64,000 nt of DNA. Origin: Candidatus Binatia bacterium. GTDB taxonomy: Bacteria > Desulfobacterota > Binatia > UBA9968 > CAXXLF01. The translations under genes were made by a program, and so were the position numbers. Each line of letters starts with the position of its first letter. Position 1 is the stretch's first letter. The stretch is taken from positions 1,696,001 through 1,760,000 of the forward strand of contig CAXXLF010000002.1 in assembly GCA_963664015.2 (NCBI GenBank). Reading direction: 5' to 3'. Below the pieces are notes generated by a model that saw only the letters and a list, made by a program, of their open reading frames with translations, had not been told where the DNA came from and did no database searches. Shown piece by piece: positions 51,284-60,957 of this stretch.

Positions 51284-52801
51284 ATGATGCATGATGACGA
51301 CGAGTTTCCAGAACATTTTCATGGTGAGCCTGGAAGTCTATCCGAGGAGATAGAAGGCCTTGAGATGTTCCACCTTACAAGCGTAGGCATCGACATCGGT
51401 TCGTCGACTTCTCATCTCATCTTTTCCCGACTGACCCTGCGTCGTGAGGGGGCGGCGCTCTCGGCCCGTTTCAGGGTGACCGACCGGGAGATTCTCTATC
51501 GTTCCAAGATCATGCTGACCCCGTACACGTCGGGGATATCCATTGATACCGACAAAGTCAAAACGTTTATCCACGACGGCTATCACGAAGCGGGCTTCAC
51601 TGCGGCGGATATCGATACGGGCGCCGTCGTGATCACCGGTGAGGCGTTGAAAAAAGAGAACGCCAAACCGATCGTCGAGTTTTTCGCCAAGGACTCGGGC
51701 AAATTCATTTGCGCGTCCGCAGGTCCCAACCACGAGGCCTTACTGGCAGCCTACGGCTGTGGTGCGGTCGAGCTCTCGAAAAAGAACAGTGCAACGGTTT
51801 TAAATGTCGATATGGGTGGTGGGACCACCAAGTTCTCCCTGATCCAGGACGGAGTCGTCGCGCAGACGGCGGCTGTCAGTGTGGGGGCACGCCTTGTAGC
51901 TTTCGATCCCTCGGGAATTGTCACGCGGGTGGAAGATCCGGCAAAGATAATCCTCAACGAGCTGGGCCATTCGGTCGAGCTGGGAAAACCCTTGGCCGCC
52001 GAGGCCAAAGAGCCTTTTGCCGCACTGATGGCCAAGGTCACCTTCGAAGTGATCAACGGCGGCCCCGCCTCGGCATTGACCAAACAACTTATGATAACCG
52101 AGGCCCTCAGTGACTATAACGGCATCCAGCAATTGGACCATATCATCTTTTCCGGTGGAGTCTCCGAACACATCTACGAACATGACCACAAGGCCTACGG
52201 AGACATGGGACCGCTGTTGGCCAAGAGCATCCGGGATCATCTGAACAAAATCTCCAAGAAGGATTTTCTCAAAGAGTCGGCGGAGGGTATCCGTGCCACC
52301 GTTATTGGTGCCGGTGAATATACGATTCAGGCCAGCGGTAATACCAGTTATATTTCTAGTTCGCAGGTCCTGCCAGTTTTTGGACTCAAGGTGGTTCGAC
52401 CTTTCTTGAATCCTCAGAACTCGGTCGCCAATGCGATACAGAAGGCTCTTGCCAAGTTTGATTTAACCGAATTTACTCCAGGATTGGCGCTGGCAGTGTC
52501 GCTCAAGGAACAACCGGATTATCCGCTGATTCGAAATCTTGCCGAGGGCATTGCAGCGGTCCTCAAAAAATCACCCCCTTTCAAGACCCCGCTTTTTATA
52601 ACCCTCGACATAGACGTCGCCAAATCGTTGGGCGGGGTGCTCAAAGAGGAACTACACGTGGAGCAGGAAGTTATTGCCGTAGATGGGATCGATGTGGGAG
52701 ACCTGGACTATATCGATATCGGTTGTCCTATGGGCGTCTCGGAAGTGATGCCCGTAACCGTCAAATCCTTAATGTTCCCCTCCAATACCCACCAGCACTG
52801 A
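51284..52801 (+). CDS. EutA-like ASKHA ATPase (ethanolamine ammonia-lyase reactivase family)
   Basis: SVGIDIGSSTSHL.FSRL, GAVVITGE, ASAGPNHE, NVDMGGGTT, FSGGV, IRATVIGAG, DYIDIG and PVTVKSL.F. Confidence 0.88.
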   Translation: MMHDDDEFPEHFHGEPGSLSEEIEGLEMFHLTSVGIDIGSSTSHLIFSRLTLRREGAALSARFRVTDREILYRSKIMLTPYTSGISIDTDKVKTFIHDGYHEAGFTAADIDTGAVVITGEALKKENAKPIVEFFAKDSGKFICASAGPNHEALLAAYGCGAVELSKKNSATVLNVDMGGGTTKFSLIQDGVVAQTAAVSVGARLVAFDPSGIVTRVEDPAKIILNELGHSVELGKPLAAEAKEPFAALMAKVTFEVINGGPASALTKQLMITEALSDYNGIQQLDHIIFSGGVSEHIYEHDHKAYGDMGPLLAKSIRDHLNKISKKDFLKESAEGIRATVIGAGEYTIQASGNTSYISSSQVLPVFGLKVVRPFLNPQNSVANAIQKALAKFDLTEFTPGLALAVSLKEQPDYPLIRNLAEGIAAVLKKSPPFKTPLFITLDIDVAKSLGGVLKEELHVEQEVIAVDGIDVGDLDYIDIGCPMGVSEVMPVTVKSLMFPSNTHQH

Positions 52802-52822
52802 AGTCGCTACCCATCAGCTTTT

Positions 52823-53347
52823 CTATTGTATAAAATTTTTATCCGGTGCCGCCACGGAGGTCATCTGTTGGTTCCCTCCCATGCAGCGGAACCCTTTCAC
52901 GACGTTTTCCCAATGGGGACGATAGCGATGGGAGCAATCACAGGTATTCATGGGTCCACACAAGGCTATGAAGTTTCCGCCCTCACCGGTAACCTGGATG
53001 GAGGTCCATTCCCATACATCGCCTATTTTCCCTAGGTTGCCTGCTTCACAGGCACCCAGCCAATCCTCCACCGAGGGTAGCCGTTTGTTTCCAGCCCATT
53101 GACAGTACTTCACCGCATCGTGCCATGTAACCAGCACAACCGGATCATTCCCGTTTCCCTCTGGATAACGATTATGGTTCCAATGCTCGGGTTGGTGATG
53201 GCCAGTTGTTTGAATGAACCGTTGGTATTCTTTGTTGATCACTTCGCGCGGATCGAGGGAACCCTCAATGGGAAGGGCAAGCATAAGAAAAACTCCCACT
53301 AGAAAAAAAGGACTGTATTTGCCTTTTAGGTATCGGTAAAATACCAT
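52823..53347 (-). CDS. Exported minimal FGE-sulfatase/SUMF1-domain protein
   Basis: Signal-like segment, PVVLVTWHDAVKYCQWAG.KRLP, GDVWEWT and GFRC. Confidence 0.75.
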   Translation of the reverse strand: MVFYRYLKGKYSPFFLVGVFLMLALPIEGSLDPREVINKEYQRFIQTTGHHQPEHWNHNRYPEGNGNDPVVLVTWHDAVKYCQWAGNKRLPSVEDWLGACEAGNLGKIGDVWEWTSIQVTGEGGNFIALCGPMNTCDCSHRYRPHWENVVKGFRCMGGNQQMTSVAAPDKNFIQ

Positions 53348-53422
53348 AACCACCCACAACTGGGAGATCCTTACCACGATTGGCCGACCGTGCCAACCCA
53401 ATAGGCCGGCTGATTTAATTCT

Positions 53423-53932
53423 ATGACGAAGAAAGATTCTAAACCAAATGTCCGTAAGATCCTGGCGGAATTTGCCAAGTTACCCCTATTTCCCGATGGG
53501 AGAATCGATTACTCCCACTCGGCCAGGGCCCCGGTCGTCACCTGCTTCGTGCAGTCTCAGGGAAAAATCCTCCTGATCAAACGAAACAACCGGGTCGGTA
53601 CCTATCAGGGAAAATGGAATACGGTTGCCGGATACCTCGACGAGCCCAAGACGATCCGCCAAAAGGCCCTGATAGAGGTCGAAGAAGAACTGGGTATATC
53701 GCAGCGAGCCGTAGCTCGTGTCACATTAGGTCAACCCTACGAATTCTACGATCCCGAAACCGAGAAAAGTTGGTTCGTCCATCCCGTGCTGTTGGATCTG
53801 AAAGAACGACCTCCGATAACCCTTGACTGGGAACATACAGAAATGAAGTGGATATCGCCTGAAAAAATGGAAAGCTACGATACGGTGCCTAAGCTCAAAG
53901 AGAGTTTTACCAGGATTACACAAGAACTCTAA
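53423..53932 (+). CDS. NUDIX hydrolase
   Basis: KILLIKR...GKW..VAGYLDE......AL.EVEEELG Nudix box; LDWEH. Confidence 0.85.
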   Translation: MTKKDSKPNVRKILAEFAKLPLFPDGRIDYSHSARAPVVTCFVQSQGKILLIKRNNRVGTYQGKWNTVAGYLDEPKTIRQKALIEVEEELGISQRAVARVTLGQPYEFYDPETEKSWFVHPVLLDLKERPPITLDWEHTEMKWISPEKMESYDTVPKLKESFTRITQEL

Positions 53933-54345
53933 GTTCCGTGACGATCCCCAATGACCGTTGCAGGACCATTCTCCGCAGCTACGATCAAGGTCATCCCTTC
54001 AGCCCTGACAACCCGAACGTCGCTTCCGGCTGTGATCGGCCCAGCCTTGATTTCGGTCTTCGCACGCCACAACTCCCCCCGTACAAAAACGGTGCCGTCA
54101 GGGTCCAACGGCTCCCGGACCACTCCCTTTATCCCGATGAGTTGTTCAACCACGGTCTTAGGCCCCGATTGGTAGGCAATACGAAGCAGTGGATAGAACA
54201 ACAGATCTTTAACGACCCATAGAATAAAAAGGATAACCGCGATTTTAACGGGTAGATCGATCCAAACTCGCAAGACCAGTAGAACAACGACTGCAATGAG
54301 CCAGCCGGGTACTTGAAAGAGCAGGTATTTGACCCAGGTTGACAC
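53929..54345 (-). CDS. NfeD-like membrane protein (C-terminal OB domain)
   Basis: Two TM helices then LIG..GVV...LDPDGTVFVRGELWRA...V.VV..EGMTLIV; start estimated at GTG 54345. Confidence 0.75.
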   Translation of the reverse strand: MSTWVKYLLFQVPGWLIAVVVLLVLRVWIDLPVKIAVILFILWVVKDLLFYPLLRIAYQSGPKTVVEQLIGIKGVVREPLDPDGTVFVRGELWRAKTEIKAGPITAGSDVRVVRAEGMTLIVAAENGPATVIGDRHGT

Positions 54346-54617
54346 AGTAACAACGAATTCGGCGCGTTGGTGCGCCACCCCTTTCCCTCGTGCTCCCCCA
54401 GGCCTGGCCGAGGCCACGGGACCGACCATCAGACGTCCGCGACTGTACCAGACTCCTCCCCTGGAAAATAGCCACCCACGATGGGTATCAACGAATCCAG
54501 CGTGCGCCATTCTCAGACCTGCGAGCCCAAGGAGCGCGGTGAAACCCCTCAAGTCCTAGCCTTGCCCCGTACACCGTTACCGGTGGATTTCTCCCGGTAG
54601 GGAATATTTTTTCCGCG

Positions 54618-54842
54618 TCACGTAGCTTGCCATTGCTTGCGGTTCTCCAGATAGGCGGGGTTCTCCGAATAGAGGACACCGCCATTAGACCAATCCGAAT
54701 TGGCCATATCATGCAGGAGCACGTGGACCTCATCGGCTTCGGTCCCGGCACCGTCAACCATGGCCTGGGTGATCCCCGCGACTATCTTGCGCTTTTGCTC
54801 TACGGTACGTCCCTCGAACATATAGACCTGAACTAGTGGCAT
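54618..54842 (-). CDS. 4-oxalocrotonate tautomerase family protein
   Basis: Pro-1 (MPLVQV), EGRTVEQKR and WSNGG; AAGGAG RBS. Confidence 0.9.
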   Translation of the reverse strand: MPLVQVYMFEGRTVEQKRKIVAGITQAMVDGAGTEADEVHVLLHDMANSDWSNGGVLYSENPAYLENRKQWQAT

Positions 54843-54978
54843 AGATTCCTCCTTAACAGCTCCGATTAAACATTCGCACGTTTTTCAAAAAGAGTTGGAG
54901 TTTGATCTTGGGCTTCAAAGACCGCGCCAAGGTCCCTCAACGCCCAGTAAATTTCTTTCCTACACAAGGACCCTATAG

Positions 54979-56259
54979 TCAAAGGGAGATCGCCAACTCA
55001 AATCCGAGCACTATGGCATCGGAGATTGCCCCGGTTCCCCCGGGTCTCAAGATATACTGAAAGTCCGGTTGGAGGCTTAGCCAGGGTGTAATTTGACACT
55101 TATGGTTTATTTCAAACGCGGTCTCGTAAGTCCCCTCCAGTTGGCCACTGAACTGACTGTAGGCAACCCCAAGGGCGGTCGTGTCACGGTCACGCCCGGG
55201 AAAGAGTCCCCCATAGACCATACCGCCCACATAAAAATAGGGAAAGGTCTTCATATCGTTACGGGGCGCAACGGTTGCAGCCAAAAAAGCGGTCACCCCC
55301 TGCTGTCGGGTGGTATGCGGTTCAGCGTAGAGCATCTGGTCCACATGAAAGTAGATTCCATAATTGCCGTATCTCCCATCGCTTGAGTCGCCGAGATCCG
55401 CATACTCTTTGCTGTCGTAGTATGACCCGACAGCAAAGTTTCCGGGCAACCCCTGGGCGCTCTTCCCCTGATTGTGTTTGTACCCAATTTGCAGCGCAAA
55501 GATGAATCCTTTATTGCTCCGGATACTGAAGTCAAGGCCCTGTTTCTTATCAGCTCCGATGGTATCGTCAGCGTAATAGATCCCGCTCATGACGTACGCC
55601 GATTCATATTCGTACCGGGTGCGCCAGCCCCAGGTCGTAACCGGGCCTACGGAGAACGACGGGACATTCAAACCAAGACTTCCGTGGTTGTTATTAAAGG
55701 CGGCCTGAACATAGTTCTGATAGATAGCCGACGCGAAGAAATCGTCCCCCAGACCTATGCGGCAGGCCAGAACGCTCAACCGCTCATCCAACAGCGACTG
55801 TTCCAGGGACAATTGGTATAGGCGCATGGCATCCCCGGCAAAGATTTGCGCCGGTACCAGAGTACTGCCAATATCTTGTGAGAGATCCCTCCCGGCACGA
55901 TAGTCTCCGGACACGGTAAACACGAGCCCCCGCGCGTTCATCAGCTTCCCGAGGTCCAAGGCCAGCCCGATTTCCAAACCGCTGGCATAGCGAAAGGCCG
56001 TCACCCGACCCCCAGAGAGATTGCCCAGGCTGTCCGCCGTGTAGTCGACTCAGAAACGAAGTCCGGCTTGCTCCAGCCGGCCCCGGTGCTTTCCCCACGG
56101 CGGGATGAACCAGGCTAGGGCATTCTTAGCCGGTACAGAATTTTGCGTTTCTAACCTCGACTCCTCACTACCAAGCTCCGTCCCTTCCACGGTTATATTT
56201 GGACCGTAGACCAAGAGCCCAAAAGTAAAAATACTCAGGAATAACAGTCGATTAACCAT
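54979..56259 (-). pseudogene. OprB-family porin interrupted by an in-frame TGA
   Basis: Signal peptide, WG..RGRLEQAG, TGA at 56050-56052, same frame continues YTADSLGN..G, RDTTALG and PWLSLQPDFQYILRPGG. Confidence 0.82.
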
Positions 56260-56277
56260 TTGAGGCAGGACTAGGTA

Positions 56278-56304
56278 ATGTTACGAATCCAAACTATGTG
56301 CTAT
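56278..56304 (-). promoter_or_regulatory. Candidate NikR operator upstream of the OprB porin
   Basis: Minus strand ATAGCAC-N13-GTAACAT; same architecture as the site at 56799-56825. Confidence 0.55.
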
Positions 56305-56323
56305 GCAGTGCGTCCGGTGTCAA

Positions 56324-56352
56324 TTGACAAAGTACCCTTGAGTCAGTATGTT
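56324..56352 (+). promoter_or_regulatory. Sigma-70 promoter for nikR
   Basis: TTGACA-17bp-TATGTT. Confidence 0.55.
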
Positions 56353-56365
56353 CATGCCGCGCCTT

Positions 56366-56770
56366 ATGTCTACCGTCTCTCGCTTTGGGGTATCCCTAGA
56401 ACAGGATCTTCTGCAGGTCTTCGACCGTAACATCGTTGACGCCGGCTACGCCAACCGTTCGGAGGCCATCCGGGACCTGATCCGCGATCATCTGATCCAG
56501 CAGCGAACCAACCAATCCCAAGAGGAAATCGTTGGCGTTGTCACGCTTCTTTACGACCATAGAACCCATCGGTTAGGGGATCTGCTTGCCGACATGCAGC
56601 ACCGGGCCGAGGTAAGGATCAACGCCAGCCTGCACGTGCACCTGGACGAGCATAAGTGTCTCGAGGTGATTGTCATCCGGGGCGAAAGTCAAAAGGTCCA
56701 TGGTGTAGCGGGTCGGCTAATTGCCACTAAAGGGGTAGAGAACGGCAAGCTCGTAACCACCGTGGCCTAG
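56366..56770 (+). CDS. nikR: Nickel-responsive regulator NikR
   Basis: RHH domain RFGVSL...GYANRSEAIRDLIR; Ni ligands QH...HVHLD..KCLE. Confidence 0.93.
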   Translation: MSTVSRFGVSLEQDLLQVFDRNIVDAGYANRSEAIRDLIRDHLIQQRTNQSQEEIVGVVTLLYDHRTHRLGDLLADMQHRAEVRINASLHVHLDEHKCLEVIVIRGESQKVHGVAGRLIATKGVENGKLVTTVA

Positions 56771-56798
56771 AAAGCGGGCGATATTTGTTCCCCACTAT

Positions 56799-56825
56799 GT
56801 AACACGAATTCAAAAGTAATAACAC
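56799..56825 (+). promoter_or_regulatory. Candidate NikR operator upstream of the ABC transporter
   Basis: GTAACAC-N13-ATAACAC directly between nikR and the SBP gene. Confidence 0.6.
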
Positions 56826-56855
56826 TTAGACCCAATCGAGTCAAAGTTTTTTCCC

Positions 56856-57917
56856 ATGACACGACTGTGTATCCTAGAGAAAATCCTTCTGGCAATAGGG
56901 AACGAAGCACTGCACGCAGTATCTGTCGCTGTATCCTTTGTCTTACTTTTTTCCCTGAGTGCCTGTGACAGAAGAGAGAGACAGACCCTCACACAAGGGC
57001 CCGCCGTGCTCAACGTTGTTACGACCGTGGCGCCGATCACCAGTATGGCAGAGAACATCGCCGGGGATAGGGTTCGCGTAACCGGAATCGTACCCGAAGG
57101 GATGAACTCGCATACGTTTGAACCCATCCCGTCGGACACCAAACTCCTGACCATGGCTGATCTAATCCTGCTCAACGGACTCGACCTTGAGATCCCAACC
57201 CTGAGGCTCGCCAAGGCCAACAAGAAATCGGGAACATCGATTGTCCTCCTCGGCAATAAGATTACTACGGAAAAAGACTATCTCTTTGATTTCAGCTTTC
57301 CAGCAGACAAGGGACACCCCAATCCCCATTTGTGGCTCAACCCCCAATACGTGATGCGCTATGCGCGTGTGATCCGGGACGAATTGGTCCGTCTGGATCC
57401 TGACAATCGAGACACCTACGAAAAAAATTTGGCAGCATACCTCGTGCAACTGCAAGCTCTCGATCAGGCAATCGAAACAGCCGTAAAGACCATTCCTAAA
57501 GAGAACCGCCGGCTGCTAACCTATCACGACTCATGGCCTTATTTCGCGCGCCGTTACGGTTTTCGGATCATCGGTGCAGTCCAGCCTTCGGACTTTTCCG
57601 ATCCCAGCCCCCGAGAGGTCGCTCGCCTTATTGATCAGATCCGTATCGAAAAGGTCCCTGCAGTGTTTGGCTCCGAGGTCTTTCCAAGCCCGGTCCTCAG
57701 ACAGATTGCCAAAGAGGCGAAGACCATGTATATCGACAAGCTCCGCGATGACGAACTGCCAGGATCTAGCGGTGATCCCCAGCATTCCTACACCGGCATG
57801 ATGCTATACAATATCCGCATTATGATCGAAGCCCTGGGTGGTTCGACGGAGGCCTTGCTGGGAATCGATCCGGCGCCTGTAGTCGGCTCTCATGCCGATT
57901 ACAGAGCGACCCAGTGA
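56856..57917 (+). CDS. Metal ABC transporter substrate-binding lipoprotein (cluster A-I, TroA/ZnuA/MntC-like)
   Basis: Lipobox LSAC; NSHTFEP, PNPHLWL, TYHDSW and RDD ligand positions. Confidence 0.9.
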   Translation: MTRLCILEKILLAIGNEALHAVSVAVSFVLLFSLSACDRRERQTLTQGPAVLNVVTTVAPITSMAENIAGDRVRVTGIVPEGMNSHTFEPIPSDTKLLTMADLILLNGLDLEIPTLRLAKANKKSGTSIVLLGNKITTEKDYLFDFSFPADKGHPNPHLWLNPQYVMRYARVIRDELVRLDPDNRDTYEKNLAAYLVQLQALDQAIETAVKTIPKENRRLLTYHDSWPYFARRYGFRIIGAVQPSDFSDPSPREVARLIDQIRIEKVPAVFGSEVFPSPVLRQIAKEAKTMYIDKLRDDELPGSSGDPQHSYTGMMLYNIRIMIEALGGSTEALLGIDPAPVVGSHADYRATQ

Positions 57918-58798
57918 TAACGATGAAAGACAAATCTCACAAAGATAGTGCGTCGGAATCGACTCAGGGCAGCCTCCACCCCCATGGGCCCGCTGAGGTC
58001 CCTGGCATCCACTCCCACGAGGAGATTCCCTTGCTGGAACTGGACCAGGTGACCAGCCGATATGGAGAGGTTCAAGCCTTGGAGGAGGTCTCACTGAAGC
58101 TCTGGCCTGGCCAGTTCGTAGCCGTGGTGGGTCCCAATGGAGGAGGTAAGACCACGCTGCTCAAAACCATCCTGGGAACGATACGCCCCCATGAAGGAAG
58201 GCTTAACTTCAGAGGGAATCGCCTACACAAAATGAGCCTAGCAAGGATCGCGTACGTTCCTCAGCTCGCAGCCATTGATTGGAACTTTCCGATTTCTGTG
58301 GAAGAGCTAATCCTGATGGGACTGTACCGTAAAAACCACTGGTTGAAACGGATCACCCAGAACGAGCAGGCGCGACTTCATGAAATGATGGACCGGCTCA
58401 ACCTTTCGGGCCTTGGCAAACGGCATATCCGGGAGCTCTCCGGAGGCCAGCAGCAGGCCGCTTTTCTCGGTCGGGCGCTCATGGGGGACCCGGACCTCGT
58501 GTTGCTCGATGAGCCTACGGCAGGCCTCGATATCCGATCTCGGGACAACGTCATTCACTTCCTGCACGAGATCAACCACAAGGGCGTTGCCATCATGCTC
58601 ACCGCCCACGACCTCAATTGGGTCGCTGCTCACCTACCGTGGGTCATTTGCTTAAACCGCCGTATTGTCGCCGAGGGGCCGCCCCAACAGGTCTTGAACC
58701 CCCAGGTCCTTCAGCAAACCTACCGTGGCGAGATTGTCGTTTTTCATCATGACGGCATGGTCATGATTGGGGAACGCCCCCATTTTCCTGCCAACTAA
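57914..58798 (+). CDS. Metal ABC transporter ATP-binding protein with His-rich N-terminus
   Basis: GPNGGGKTT, YVPQ, LSGGQQQ, LLDEP and AHDL. Confidence 0.92.
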   Translation: MITMKDKSHKDSASESTQGSLHPHGPAEVPGIHSHEEIPLLELDQVTSRYGEVQALEEVSLKLWPGQFVAVVGPNGGGKTTLLKTILGTIRPHEGRLNFRGNRLHKMSLARIAYVPQLAAIDWNFPISVEELILMGLYRKNHWLKRITQNEQARLHEMMDRLNLSGLGKRHIRELSGGQQQAAFLGRALMGDPDLVLLDEPTAGLDIRSRDNVIHFLHEINHKGVAIMLTAHDLNWVAAHLPWVICLNRRIVAEGPPQQVLNPQVLQQTYRGEIVVFHHDGMVMIGERPHFPAN

Positions 58799-58804
58799 AT
58801 CCAT

Positions 58805-59623
58805 ATGACAGCCAACCCATTTGAGTATGAGTTCTTTCGCCATGGATTTACGGCGGCCATGATGGTAGGAGCCCTGTGCGGTCTGATGGGAGTCTATGTA
58901 GTGCTCAGGCGCATGAGTTACATTGGTCATGGCCTGGCCCACGCCATCTTTGGCGGTGCTGTCTTAAGCTATGTGGTTCACATCAATTTTTTTATTGGTG
59001 CTGGGATCTGGGCTCTCATTGCTGCTGCCCTTATTCACCTTATCGCCCACCGTAGACTGGTGGGTGCGGACGCCGCCATCGGCGTTGTAACCACTTCCAG
59101 TTTTGCAATTGGCGTTGCCATCGTCTCCTCGTACCGTCGTTTTACACGAAACATCGAGGCCGCCTTGTTCGGCAACGTCCTCGGGATCACTGACGCAGAC
59201 CTTCTCGTTATCACCGCCATTTCTATTTTTGTAATTGTGGCACTATTGGTCATTCGCCGTCAGCTTCTATTTTCCACCTTTGACCCGGAGGTCGCCGCAG
59301 CCTATGGGATTTCCACCGGCTGGACGGATTTCTATTTCATTATTTTACTAGCAGTCACGGTCCTCGCTTCTGCCCAGATCCTGGGTGTCACCCTGGTTGC
59401 CGCCGCTCTCGTTATCCCTCCAGTCATCGCCAGGTATTTGACTCGGAGTTTCCATTCTCTACTTATCCTTTCCCCCATCATCGGTGCCCTTTGTGGAGGA
59501 ACGGGAATGGTTCTCAGTTTTTACCTTGATATTTCTGCCGCCTCCATGATTGTGCTGACCGCTGCCGCTCTCTTTCTAGTCGTTGAGGCCGCACTCTTCT
59601 TCCGTAAATGCCTCACTTCCTAG
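58805..59623 (+). CDS. Metal ABC transporter permease (ZnuB/MntB family)
   Basis: VVLRRMSYIGHGLAHA, DAAIG, LFGNVL and FDPEVA. Confidence 0.92.
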   Translation: MTANPFEYEFFRHGFTAAMMVGALCGLMGVYVVLRRMSYIGHGLAHAIFGGAVLSYVVHINFFIGAGIWALIAAALIHLIAHRRLVGADAAIGVVTTSSFAIGVAIVSSYRRFTRNIEAALFGNVLGITDADLLVITAISIFVIVALLVIRRQLLFSTFDPEVAAAYGISTGWTDFYFIILLAVTVLASAQILGVTLVAAALVIPPVIARYLTRSFHSLLILSPIIGALCGGTGMVLSFYLDISAASMIVLTAAALFLVVEAALFFRKCLTS

Positions 59624-59714
59624 AAAAAAGACCCGGCCCACTGAAACTCCGACGCCGTTGGAATTCACCCGATTCTTGGCGTAGGATACCTTGGGTAAGG
59701 TGGATCCGTCACCC

Positions 59715-60017
59715 ATGAGTTCAAGAACTGTCAGTCTCCGCATCTGTTACCTAGCAGCCGCGCTCTCTTTCGCCTTCTTTATCGTGCACGCCGCGCCGCA
59801 CCGCGTTCACCATACCTTTGAGGAAGATCAACCCTCTTGCCTCGCCTTCTTGTTTACCAAAGATTACCCAGCGGATCCGACCGTTTCAATTACCATCCCC
59901 GCGATCCAGCTCATTTCATTTCAAGTCACACCCTTTGCTGATCCCTGGGTCTCGCTTTTCCAACTCACACCGATTTCCAACAGAGCCCCTCCACCGAGCC
60001 AATTCTCCGTTCTCTAA
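59715..60017 (+). CDS. DUF2946-like leader protein with export signal, His cluster and C-terminal RAPP motif
   Basis: Hydrophobic N-segment, HAAPHRVHH, Cys, Pro-rich spacer and ISNRAPPP near the stop. Confidence 0.7.
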   Translation: MSSRTVSLRICYLAAALSFAFFIVHAAPHRVHHTFEEDQPSCLAFLFTKDYPADPTVSITIPAIQLISFQVTPFADPWVSLFQLTPISNRAPPPSQFSVL

Positions 60018-60250
60018 ACAACCCGTTAGCTGACGGCCCCTTCTGCTTTCTCCTGTTTCCTCGGGCACCAGGTAAAATATTCTAAGCAGGGGTCGCCTGG
60101 CCTATTGACGGAACCCGCGGAATCGTTGAGTCGGCCTCGGGTTTCACCCTGGTCCGAAACACGGGCTCGTCCCACCGGATCATAGCTGCCCGTCAGAACG
60201 CCGCCACGAATGGGTCAAAAGATTAGGCGAACATTCAAAAGGAGAACAAA

Positions 60251-60784
60251 ATGGGCAACACTGGACTTGCAATCATGGCATTGACCATCATCAGTCTTAT
60301 CAACCCCAACGTCATTTGGGCTCAAGACCAAATGAAGCCCGCCCCAATGGGTTCTATGGGACACTCCATGGATCATTCCAAGGGCCACAGCCTCCCCATG
60401 GATCACTCGGCACACGGAAAGTCCCCCGCTGTAAAACTCCATCCCGCGGAAGGGGCCTTGGTGACCATCCTCTCGCCCAAGGGCGGGCAGACCATCAAAG
60501 GCGATGAGGTGCCCCTCATATTTAAACTAATGAAAGGAAAGAGAGGCGACCACATTCATGCGTACGTAGACGGCGAGTTGATGGGCATGTTCAAGAGCAA
60601 GTATGGAACGTTAACGGGGATTCAACCTGGCCCTCATGTCCTGGAAGTCCGGGTAGTGGCGGATGATCACCAGACCGAGCTGGACGCCACCGCGACTATC
60701 CATTTTATGGTCGAGTCGCAACCTCACGCTGGAAGGCGGGAATCTCCTCGTGTCCGTCAGCGGTTTCGAAGTCTTTGTTATTGA
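60251..60784 (+). CDS. Periplasmic His/Met-rich metal-binding protein
   Basis: AAGGAG RBS, signal peptide, MGSMGHSMDHSKGHSLPMDHSAH, then Ig-like HIHAYVDG...GPHVLEV..ADDH. Confidence 0.75.
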   Translation: MGNTGLAIMALTIISLINPNVIWAQDQMKPAPMGSMGHSMDHSKGHSLPMDHSAHGKSPAVKLHPAEGALVTILSPKGGQTIKGDEVPLIFKLMKGKRGDHIHAYVDGELMGMFKSKYGTLTGIQPGPHVLEVRVVADDHQTELDATATIHFMVESQPHAGRRESPRVRQRFRSLCY

Positions 60785-60957
60785 TATTGCCCCTGGGAGG
60801 TTCACCTGGCCCATAGCCGCAGCATCCTTGCCCCTCTGGTTGCCTGGCTGGGAATCAATCCCTAGGCACCCGTGATCTGGCATCCCGTAACGAGCGTATC
60901 ATTAGCTACAGCCGTTGCCATTTATATACTCTGCCCATTCCTGATAAGAATGAAGAG

